In this document: positions 24,846-37,135 of the stretch, one piece after another
Numbering within the stretch: position 1 is the stretch's first letter
How the letters are laid out: the number at the start of each line of letters is the position of its first letter
The notes under the pieces: model-generated
Databases searched by the model: none
Seen by the model: the letters and a program-made list of their open reading frames with translations, nothing else
What the model was told of the DNA's origin: nothing
Position numbers and translations under genes: made by a program
Source of the DNA: Alloascoidea hylecoeti
Lineage: Eukaryota
Direction: 5' to 3'
Assembly (NCBI GenBank): GCA_001600815.1
Contig: BCKZ01000019.1
Span: forward strand, 186,001-248,625
Length of the DNA: 62,625 nucleotides

Positions 24846-25285
24846 TCCAATTGAAATAATATAAATTTTATTGATATTAATACTGGTATTTATTCATGAA
24901 TTGTGAGTGAGAATGTTGTACGAGCTGGAGTACAATCTTCAAGGCTTACCCCAATAAGATAGCTAACCATACCTGAACATGATAACAATCTTCCAAGTAA
25001 TTAATAGTGGAAATGGCTTATGTAGCCGTGGCAACACTACAACACATAATAAACACAGCTGTAATAATATCATTTGTACCACATTAATTCTTCTTCAACA
25101 CTAAATCAAGCCCACCCACAGAAGGTATATCAAACCATTAAATATATATTTTTTATATATAATCTGCCTTTTCTTGGACAGCCCCTTCTTTTAAAGAATA
25201 TACTAATTTCTTCATAATAGATATTTGCATTTTAAGTTTCATGTTAAGGTTCATTTGTGCAGGCAGAAGTGAAGTTAAATGATAA

Positions 25286-28200
25286 ATGATGTCAAGAAGT
25301 TTTCCCCAAACACCTATAGATGCCACTCAAATCAAAAGAGAACAGACCATCAGCGGCCAACACGATTACTTATGGAGAGATATAGAGAAGCCGTTGCCAG
25401 ATCCTTTCACTCAGGGGCTATTACTGCACAGACAATACTTTCTATCAACCGTTAGTAAAATTGAATATCGACGGAATGATCAAAATTTTAAAGATCAGCA
25501 TATTAAAGATTACAACTGGGGAAATATTTATGATGAAAATGGAATATTCTCAATGCAATCAGTCGTTGAAGTAGTTTTTGAAATAACAAAAGAATTAACT
25601 ACTAGAATGAGATTTGATTCAAAATGTTCAAATGATTTTTTACTACCATTTAGAACTGAATTAGATTATGATAGTGTTTATTTCTTTATTGATAAGATAT
25701 TTCAAAATGGTAAACCAGCTTTACAACGTAATGAATTAATTAAATTAATCAAATCAATAAATGAATATATCTTATCAACAATTTTAAAATGGATATGGTC
25801 AAGAATTGATGGAACTGGTTCGATATTACCATGGAATATTTATAATATATTTGTTGCAAAAGAACATGAAAGAAATTATAGATTAAGTTCTTTCATGGAA
25901 ATCATGCCATTTTGTTTTACAAATGTTCCACATGCTTCAATTGTTTTTGATTTTTTTGAATTATTAATGGGTTTGATTTTGAAAATAAATAGTTCAATTA
26001 ATGAGACTTTAAAAGTTATAAAATTATTTGGTATTTGGCTATTACCATTATCTTCAGGTTCAGAAATTCATAAAAGGCATACTTTAGAATATGGTAATAA
26101 TGTATTAAATCAAACAACAAGAGCAATTTTACATTTATTTTTTGCTTTATTACGATCTTTAAGGGAATCAATTAGGTTACCAAAACCGTTAAATGATTTA
26201 CTAAGAAATCATGCATCATATCCACCAAAAGTATTCTACAATCCCCAAAGTTCTCCTGGTTCACCCAGTTTAGTCGTCCCATTTCAAGCTCATTTAGTAA
26301 CTATAGAAACTACACCATCTTCATCTTTATCAAAAACTCCAAAAGTTTTACTTGTAAAAGCAGCAAAATTAGTTTCAAAAAAACAATTGAATGAGGCCAA
26401 AATAAATGGGAATGAATGTTTATCATATCTTTTAAATGATTCTGAAACTGTGATGAAAAAAATATCAAGAGATTCTTATAAAATATTTAAAAGACTTGAA
26501 AGGTGTATGAAAAAGAAAGGATTAATTGGTTACAATGGATTATCATGGACATCGGTATCACAAATTGAAACCAGTGGTTCAAACTCAAATAATATCAATA
26601 CTCAACAAGGGCCACGAATTATTTTATCAAGTATTTTAGTTGATGATTTTATTTTCTGGGCTTGGATGTCAATTTTATCACCAGAACAGGCTGATTCAAA
26701 GAAAACTATATTTGGGAAATGTGTAATTGTTGACGTTGGTGGTGATAGGAATGAGCTAGCAATTATTGAAGAAAAAATCGTTGATATCCTCGAAACAGAT
26801 CCCCAACCAACATCGATATCTTCATCATCCGAGTTTGTTCAGGACTCAAATATAGGCAAGCAAAGTAAACAATTATTAGGAGTAAGTAATGAAAGTCGAA
26901 AAAGAGATAGGGTTCTAAGTGGTCCTAGACCAATGAATAATAACTCATCCCCTGATCGTAAACGTCAAGTTAAATCTTCTCCCTTAAAACCCCTGACCAC
27001 AAGAGAAATACTTAATAACGCATTAGCATCTTCATCTAATAGCCAAGAAGTTTCATTAATACCTGATCATGCATCATCAATATCTCCTACATCTGAAAAT
27101 CATTCATCAACCCCCAAACCCAATAACATTAAAATCCAAAAGGAAAAAGAGAAAATAAATAGCTCACCACCAAAATTAGCATCAACTCGATCACTATTAC
27201 CTTATGACAACAACAAATCATCAAAACAATTTTCTCCTTCAATTTTTGATAGATTTGAAAGACAACATAATAACAATCAATATTTAGAATCAAAAGGATT
27301 TCAATTCCCTTTAAAAAATGATATCAATTTTGAAAATTGTGAAGAAGAATCAAGACGGTTTACTGATATTCTAAAAGAAAAGGAATTAATTAATAGAAAA
27401 GATAGACCATTTCCTAGATTAGAATATGATTTAAGAAAAACTGGTAATGTTAATCATATAGTAGTAAAACTACCATCAATACGAAAACCAAAGAAAAATA
27501 CGCAAGATAGTAATGATAATCATGATGATGAAGATAAAAGTGATGATGAAATGATTAGAGATTTTAATGTTGATTCTGATGGTGAATCTATAATGGATGA
27601 TATACCAATTATTGAACCTTTTGAAGGAGAAACAGCAGAAGTATTTAGGGCTAGATCAATTAAAATTCTGTCAGGAAAGGGTTATAAATTAAGCACTAGA
27701 AGAAGAAAAAAATTACAAGATATCCCTGAAAGAGAAGAGGAACAGCCGTCTAAATCAGATGCTAAGGCTTCAAGTAAAGGTGTAACTTTTGAGTTATTTC
27801 CACCTCCACCAAAAATTCAACCAAGAAAATTAAGTCAAAGTCCAAATCCTAGTATTGAGAGTTTGAAAGAGAGTTCTTCATCAATTGCAAGTAAAGATAA
27901 AGAGTTACCGAAGCTTCCTCCTAAACTTAAAGCTCCAGATCTAACTGCACCACCACCATCAAGATCTTCACTTTCACCTTCATCAAGTCCGCGATCTAGG
28001 CGACGTCTTGTGTCTGGTCCTCGACCTGATCTAAGACCTGCTTCAGAATCTCCTACAAGAAATTCACACCTTAGAAGTATTTCAGAGTCTCCATTTAATA
28101 ATTCGTTTCTTAGTCTCTCACCTAGTGACAAACCAGAAGAGAAAAAATTTCAGAATGCTTTTTCTCTGCCTAAATTAGTTGGACCAAGGAGTGTTAGCAC

Positions 28201-31200
28201 ATCAAGCATTGATACTACGAATTTAAAACCTACAGATTATAATAATAAATCAAAACTATCCCATGCTATTGATAATAAATCCATCGAAGAAGTAGATGTT
28301 AATTCCTCTTCTCCTCTTTCAAGGGAAGAAAAAAAGAAAAGAAGAAGAACATTACCATCACCATCACCATTAAGAACAGAATCTCCTATAACCAGTAATA
28401 AGCCTCCACCTCCTATCCATAAAATCCTCAAATCAAAAGAATTACCTACTACTCCTATTCCAAAGTCCTCTTTTTTATCTACCTCTGATTTTCTAAAATC
28501 TACCGAAGAATCAATCACAAAATCAAATGATGTATCAATTGATATATCTGACACTAGTAGTATTGATGATGAATCAATTGCTATTTTAGATGAACAGTCA
28601 TTACCATTAACTAATGAAAAATATGAAAAGAAAGACTTCAAGCCATTAAAATCAGAACAATCTCTATCTCCTATTTTAATTAGTCCAACTCAAGATTACT
28701 TAATTCCTTCAGATTCTGAATCAACCAAAGAAGATGCAACACCAATCTCTAAATCACGTTCAGATTTAACCATTACAGATGTCAAACTGTCTAAAAATTA
28801 TTCTGTACCACGATTAGTTAATAATCAACAAAAGAGTAGAAGCCCATCTCCAATGTCAAGAGGATATAGAAAAGCATTACCTGCAATGCCACAAAGTCCT
28901 AATAAGGATAATATTAATGATTCTCAAATATCAATAGTAAAAATCGATAAAAATAAAGCACAAAGTAATACTGTGGTGCTTGGAATTGAAGAAGTTCAAA
29001 TTAAAACTAAAAATCCCAAACTTAATATCAATAAAAATGATACAAAGGAACAGTTACATGTAGTTAATTTTTCAAAAGATGATTTGGAAAAAAATGATTC
29101 TAGTTCATCTTCATCTTCACCTTCACCTTCACCATCACCTGAAAGAAAATCAAGACAAATTAATAATACAGGCCTAAGTCCTATACAAAGGGATAAACCA
29201 CTACCCAAGATCCCACATGAACTAGCTGATCATTATCAAGAAACAAAACGTTCTAAATTACTTGAGTCTGGGCCAAATTTGGATATGAGTAGTTCGAATA
29301 AGGCCATTACAGTCGAAGAACAACCACAGAAAGCTAATGTTTCTTCAACAGATGATATATCTGAAAAGAAAGTTATTTATGTGGAAGACGAACAGAAGGA
29401 AAAAATAGATATAGACACCTATTCTGTTATTTCAAGCGATTCTGACTACAATTCTGATGTTACATCATTAAGAGGGACACCCCAATCACTAAAAAAGGAA
29501 GTATCTCAACGTTTAAAGCAACGAAATCCTATAATACTATCGTATGATGAGGAATCTTCGGAGGAAGAGGAATATTCTATCATACAGTCAACTAATCAAA
29601 TTTTCTCCGATAAGACTCCTGAACCAACACCAATCCCAAGTATTCATATTGCCGAAAATAAGTTAAACAAATATTCAGAGGAAGATCAATCACCTGGAAT
29701 GAATGAAAATTTTATTAATGAAAGGGCTATGTTAAAAGACAATAATTATAGCTTTAATTATGGAGATGATAGCTATAACTCAAAGTCTTCATTATTAAGC
29801 CCACGATTGCAGTCTCGTGATAGAGAACAAAGTTCAACTTCTTCTCTTAAAGATCTTTCAAAAAGTCAGAATTCAGTTTCATATACCACAAATGAAGATA
29901 ATGATATCAATAGTTATAAAGATCCTTCACAAATATACAATAAAAATATTACTACACGGAAAAAAGTTTACGGGTCGAGTTCTATGAGAAGTACTGAAAT
30001 GCTATCAGAAAACCATTCACAAGCTGATTCATATAACAATTATAATAGAGATGATAATGTCAAACCTGCATTGGCTCAAACATTAACGAAAGATGAAATA
30101 AAGCCAATTGTTTCAAGAGATAAGCGTGGCCACAATCAGATTTCCTCCGATGGTGGTGTTAATTTGCAGGGTCCCTTTAAATCCCCAGATAGATATAATC
30201 CTCAAGTTCCAGAGCCAATTTCCATGTCTAGTAATGTTTCAGAAACATCTAGTCCTATAAAACTTGAAGAGATCTCACATTCAAGTTTATCCATGGGTGG
30301 TATATCTAATGTAAGAGAGGAAGAGTCAAATCGTATGGATGAAAGTTATAGGTCTGGGTTTTCATCATTGCAAGCTACTCCACGCGCTTTGAAAAAAGAA
30401 AACGATTCTTCTATTTATTTTGATGATTTTTTATCAAGTCCCAATTCCTTCACACCTTCCCCTATGGTGAGCAACAATGAGGAGTGTTATGAATCACCAA
30501 ATAACTCAGATCGATATAATCGTCACAAAGTTCCAGGACCAATATCTATGCCTAGTATTCATGTTGCACAAAGATCGAGCCCTAGGAAGAATAATGATGA
30601 TTCCGAATATTCTCAATCTCCAAATAACTCAGAACGATATAATCGTCACAAAGTTCCAGGACCAATATCTATGCCTAGTATTCATGTTGCACAAAGATCG
30701 AGCCCTATCAACAATAATGATGATTCCGAATATTCTCAATCTCCAAATAACTCGGATCGATAAATCATCATCAAGTTCCGGAACCAATTTCCATGTCAAG
30801 TAACGTTTCACGAAGATCTAGTCCTATAAAACTTGAGGAGATATCATATTCAGATTTATCCATGGCTGGTATATCTGATGAAAGAGAGAAAGAGCCAAAT
30901 CGTATGGATGAAAGCTATAGGTCAGAGTTTTCGTCATTACAAGGTACTCCACGCTCTTTGAAGAAGGAAGATTCTTCTATTTATTTTGGCGATTCTTCAT
31001 TTAATCCCAATTCCTCCACACCTTCCCCTATAATGAGCAATAATATTGATCATTTTCAATCCCCAAATAACTCAGATCGATATAATCGTCACAAAGTTCC
31101 AGGACCAATATCTATGCCTAGTATTCATGTTGCACAAAGATCGAGCCCTAGGAAGAATAATGATGATTCCGAATATTCTCAATCTCCAAATAACTCAGAA

Positions 31201-34200
31201 CGATATAATCGTCACAAAGTTCCAGGACCAATATCTATGCCTAGTATTCATATTGCACAAAAATCAAGGCCAAAATCAAAATTGCAATCAGATTCAAATA
31301 ATGAAACTAATTTGGTTGAAAGTTTAAGACAAACAGAAAATTCAGAGTATAATCTTTCTCAGCTTGCATCAATAGAAGGCTCTCCACCGGCATTGGGCAA
31401 TGAGAGAGGTTTCGGGACTAGTGGATCTCCCATTTCTGCACATAACTCAAATATTTCTCAAGCTTCCTTTCGAGGGGATGATAGAAGTAACCTTGACTTT
31501 GATCCTGACTATGAATATTATAACGAAGGGCCAATTCCCATGTCAAATTACCAAAATGATGGCTCCCGAAGTCACCAGAGAGACGATCACTCCTCAAGAA
31601 GCGATATCAATCGAAATGTTTTGCCGTCAAATGGTGACCATATGTATGATATGGATGATGAAGTATATGTTTTGGGGGTAATGCCTACGGAAGAAAAGTT
31701 GTCACCAATCAAAATAGAATCTCAGGAAAATGGTTTTAGTTCTTTAAAGGACCAAGAATATTCTTCATTAGAAACTGAAGATATTAATAAATATAATTAC
31801 CAACAGAAAGTAAACCAGAAGGAAATGAACTCCCCTAAGAATATCGAAGCTTCGCGATTGAGACAGGATGATAATATGCCTGGTTTTGATCATGAAAATG
31901 CTCCAGACGATTATCATATAACATCTGAAAATAGGTTAGAAATCCAAATCGATCATTTGAACACCTCAGATAACGCACGAAAGAAGAGAAATAGATCATC
32001 AATAACCCCAATACAAATGCCTAGTATATCAAGGAGAATATCCCCAAAGAAAGTTATCTCTGATACTAAAACAGCCACCCTAAGTCCTGATGAACAAACT
32101 ACAACTTCAAGCTTTGATATAAAAATACCAGAGGGGTTTAATATTCCCATTGATCCATTTGATAATGAGTATGTTAGCGGATCTCCAATTAGACAAAGAG
32201 CTCAATCCAATGCTTTATCTAATATCAGTTCGAAAAACTCTAAAGATTCTAACGCATATGAAAGACAATCTCCCGAGAAACTGGATATCCCTAATATTGA
32301 GGAGGAGGAAGAGTTCGTGTATTATAATGATGGTGATGTTCCAAAAATTATTTTTGATTCGAACCTATATTCCAGCACAAATAACAAATCACCAAAACCC
32401 AGTTCGAATCAATCCATAGCTGATTATGAAAATTCTGGACATTCTATAGTAAATGATGACTATATTCATCCGGATAAATCACGTAATATTACCCAACAGA
32501 CATATTCATCATCTGATTCATCTGCCAGATTATCTTTGGGTACGGATCCTTCATCTGCTTCAACAAATGATTTTGATGAAATTCATTTAAGATCTGTTAA
32601 GCCTAAAATTCAACAAGAAAAAATGAAAAAGAAACCTATAAAGAATGAACCTCCCGAAGCTGAAATTGATCCTGAATTAGCAATCCGTTTAAAACAAAGA
32701 AGGAGGATATCTGATAACTTTTTTGGTCGTTTCGAAAGTCTTCCAACTGGGTTTAGTAAAACTCAAAATTCTCATGATTTAGATACCAGTATAAGACCCT
32801 TGAATATGAAAGCTGGTTCTGGAAAGAATACCCCTATAGCTACAGGCAGAAATTCACCAATTCAAGAAATGGAAAATTTAGAACCTTCAGTCTCGGATGA
32901 AAATAATTCGGTTAAGGTTGAAAGAACTGCTTCTGGATTTGATTATTTAAAAGATCTTGTTGATGAAGCGGCTTTTAATATTGATGAGTTGCATATAGAT
33001 AGCAGATACTCAATGATGGATGTTTCTGAATATGATATTACAGGTGATCCACCAATTTCAAATTCTGGGACTTTTAAGTTAGAGGAACCAGTTACATTAA
33101 AAGTTAAATCTTCAGAAGAGGAGATGGTAAAACGCGAGTTTGAAGGAGATGATAGATATTTTGATAAAACTGGCTCATATAATTATGATATCGAAGGACA
33201 TTCAGAATACCTAAAATATGAACCTGATCAACCTCAGAATAATTATGGAGAATATCCCATTGATCCAATTCCATTTGAACCGGATCATGGTAGAAGAAAT
33301 TCTCGGCAATTGGGATTTAACGCGTCGGAAGAAAGATACGTTAATGATGATAATCATATTGGGATTAATAACATTTCTAATAATAGTTTCCATTCGAGAA
33401 ATATTGCCCAAAATGGGATTGGATTGCGTGAACACAAATCAAATATTAATAATAATACTGTTAAAATTGAACCGCTTGGAAATTACGTGAACGTGAATAA
33501 ATTTGAAGAATCAATAGACAAAAATGACATGAATACCACCAATTCCTTGGTTTATTATGATCATGATCATAAAAACGAAACGGCTTCCAACTTTATAGGT
33601 TTGTATCAAGCTTCGGCTGATGGAGAGTTAAATAAAGTTGATGATCAGGATCTCTACAATAGTGGGGTTCGTTCACAAACTACTATCTATGATGATTTTA
33701 CTTATGACTCAAATGGCCAAGTTATTTCACATAATCCTGGGTATACTGCAGACAAAACAAATTATAATGGTGATCACGGTGACATAGAAGGTAAATATGA
33801 AATGTCTTCTGTTGATGGTTTAAATTCATCTCAACAGGATAGACAGGAGTATGATAATTCCATGCCTCCATCAAAACCTCATATGCGGACGACTACAAGT
33901 ATTGCTCCCGATTTATCCCCAGAGGGTATCGATTATCATGTCAGAAATACAGTAGAAGACTGGTATCAGGATCCAGATGGTGGAATTAGTACTGGAAGTA
34001 ACGGTGAAGAAGAACTACAAATACCGTTATCTCAACAGGATAAACTGAGATATGATGGCTCTATGCGTCCTTCGAAACCTTATACAAGTGCCGCTCCTGA
34101 TTTATCCCCAGATGGTATTGATCATCATATCATAAATACAGTAGAAGATTGGCATCAGGATCCAGAAGATGAAATTAATATTGGTGGTCATATTGTCAAT

Positions 34201-36084
34201 AAAGAAAAATTTAAAATACCAACTGATAATCAACAGAATAGGCAGGGGTATCATGATTCCATCCCTCCTTCTAAACCTCATATTCGGACCACTAAAAGTA
34301 TTGCTCCCGATTTATCTCCAGGGGGTATTGATTATCATGTCAGAAATACAGTAGAAGATTTTCATCGGGATCCAGATGATGAAATTAGCATTGATGATGA
34401 TATTAGTAATAATGAAAAATCCAAAATACTATCTAACAACCAACAAACCAAGGAAAGGATTCGATCAAATGGAGTTAGTAATTACTCATCAACACCCATG
34501 AGAAATAATATTACCCATAAGTCTAAACCTATTACCGTACCTGATTTGATGAGTCGCAGTGCGAACAATAGAAAACTATTTGAAAGAGACCAGCATTATA
34601 AAGATGGGTCTACTTTACCAAAGTCATCCAATAGACAAAGTATATCACCACAGAGAAAATCAAGAACAAGTTCTCCAAAAAGAGTATCAATATCAAGATT
34701 AGAAGACCCTGTTTCATCCATATTTGAAGAACCTATATCTACGAATAGGGAAGTTGTCACTACACCAAACAATAATATTTCAAAAAGTAGAAAATCGAAT
34801 AGTAATGATAAGACTCATTTATATTCATTGAATACTAATATTGATGTTCTAAATGATAATGCAACAGAACATACTGATCAAAATCCTGAAATGCCTAAGA
34901 TTGAACTGCACAAGAAACAATATGTAGATGAAGAAACTGAATTTGGTCATGAAGCGCTTGAGAATGGCGAGAACCAATCAGTTGATATCGTTGATCTAGA
35001 GGTCTCTGGATATAAACCGACTGTAACAAATAAGCATATGGGCGTTGCTGATAACGGGATTGAAGCTGAATCTATACCTCTAACTAATAAAAAAGTTGAA
35101 GTATGTGATAGAGAGGTTGGGCAAGTATCTGCACCACAAAAGATAGTTCATTGTGATGAAGGAATTGCGACTGATAAGCAATTACTATATACCGTTCTAA
35201 ATGTTGATAATCCTATTGATAAGAATATGCCATTACCACAGCCAAATAATGTTTTCTCAGAATCTTTACCATCAAGAAATTCATCTGCTACGAATTTAAG
35301 ACTATCCCCAATCATTACAGCGGGCGAAACAATTTCAAATGCTTCCTCATCTTCGTCTCCGATAAGAACAGTTTCACCTGGTAGATTTTCTCTTAATAGC
35401 GTTGCTAAAACTGATAGTAATTCTTCAACTACAAGTAAACTTCCAAAGAGATTTTCTCCAAAACGACCAACAATAAGACCTCGTGCATCATTTGCACCGT
35501 CCGTACAATCTGATTCGAAAGCCTCCACCTTCTCTTATACACCATCTCAACCTGGTATGGGATCACCAACCATTTCCCCAACAGAATCCAACTCTAGTCT
35601 TTTTTCACCCGCAGCTCTTTCTACACCTCCTCCAATGATGTACCCACAAGCTATGGCTTCCCCTCAACCCCAATTTCAACCTCCTCCCTTTTATGGACAG
35701 CCTACTTATAGCTCACCTTTATCTCAGATGCCTCTATATCCACCACTAATGGGAAATATGAATATACCAGGAGGTTTTCCCCAACCACAACAATCTTCCT
35801 TCATCCCAATGACTCCTTCAATGCATTCAATGCCTATGCATATGGGCATGCAACCAATGCAATATGGTTCTCAACCTCAATTGGCTTCTATGCCTATGGG
35901 TATACAATTTCCAAATCCTTATGGAAATAATCCTACTCCACAATCATTCTCATCTAATTTCCAACCAATGAATTCTAATCTCAATTTTCCTGGTAACATT
36001 AATGATGGTAGAAATTCCACTACTCATACTAAAAATACACGGAGCAGTAACCAAGGTGAAAGGAGACATAGACATCATAGATAA
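25286..36084 (+). CDS. Msb1/Mug8 (DUF1708)-domain protein with a very long low-complexity tail; one gene split by a 1-nt deletion at ~30762
   Basis: Msb1-type motifs ITKEL, FLLPFR, LKWIWSRI, HASIVFDFFELL and FWAWMSILS. ORFs 25286-30763 and 30793-36084 share repeats. The junction CGA-TA-AAT lacks the T present in the sister repeats (CGA TAT AAT). Confidence 0.75.
30182..31260 (+). repeat. Nested coding repeats: 123-bp units inside a ~570-bp higher-order duplication
   Basis: CCAAATAAC unit starts at 30497, 30620 and 30743; MSSNVS..SPIKLEEIS occurs at 30223 and 30793. Confidence 0.92.
33830..34390 (+). repeat. Three diverged ~200-bp coding repeats (PSKP..APDLSP.GID.H..NTVED..DP)
   Basis: Seen three times in both the translation and the DNA. 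Confidence 0.85.
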
Positions 36085-37135
36085 TAAGTATATTATAACT
36101 TAATCGACTAATTAATTGACCTCTATATTTTTACTTGTTGTAATTGAGCATGAGCATATATATTTATGTAATATTTAATTGTAATAATCTCTGGTTTAAA
36201 ACCTTAATTTTAATTATAACATTTTAATGATTGTACTATCGATCATTTATAAGCTTATTAATTTTCTACATTAATTTGTATTGTAAAAGAAATTGTACAG
36301 GAAAGGTTCGAAAATTATAACCAGAAACTTAACTTTGGCATTGGATTACAATGTGAGCGTAAAACAAGATAGACCGAATTGACAAGTTTTCAAGTATAAT
36401 AATGATAAAGCACGGTATCCTATATATCTAGCTTCTAAAATATATACTTACTCTCACAGTTTTAAATACAAAATTGTTGTAATTATAGAAACTATAAGAC
36501 TGTTATAATATGGGTACAGAAAATCATGTGGTTCATTATTAGAGGTGGAATTTGTAAAAAAAGATCCACTCCATTTTCAATAGTTTGTTATTGTCTTTAA
36601 ATTTAAATGCGGGTATTCCTTTCTTATTACCGAGCTTAGCTAACATCTGAGTATAATTATTCCTGTAGCCTTCTAATCATCTAGGTTCATATAATAAAAC
36701 TTCACAAAGAACATATTTGATACTATTCACTTCTTAAGCCCATGCAGTAATAAACCCTATAGAATCGTTTAATCAATTGTGTGATATTGCCCCATATATG
36801 GATTCGATTTGTGTACCCGGATAGACTCCAATATTAAATAGTAGTTAACTAAATTTGAAAAGAGTCCTCAAGATGCATATAAGAATGATACTCAGTTAGC
36901 AAAAACGTTGAAAAAGTAAATGTGAACAAACGTTAGGCGAGGAGTACAATCATGGCCGCTTTAAGTGATTAATCATGCCCAATAACTTTTCATAACCTCA
37001 CCTTTTTAGAACCGGTAACTAATTTTAAAGATTCATTCCAAATTTATTGTTTTCATCCCCATTTTGAGGGGGAAAATGATTTTTTTGAAGAAGGTATGAT
37101 GTGTTCTCATTTGTCAATTGTCATTATTTTTGACT

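Noticed and set aside
25125..25220. Possible intron upstream of the MSB1-like gene (GTATAT..TACTAAT..TAG)
   Set aside because: An in-frame TAA directly precedes the ATG, so it cannot add coding sequence. A 5'UTR intron cannot be tested without RNA data.
27835..35528. Antisense and alternate-frame ORFs within the MSB1-like gene
   Set aside because: Shadow ORFs of Ser/Pro-rich and repeated coding sequence.
36300..37090. PPT-like TTGAGGGGGAAAATG and coding-like fragments
   Set aside because: No LTR pair or convincing pol motif.
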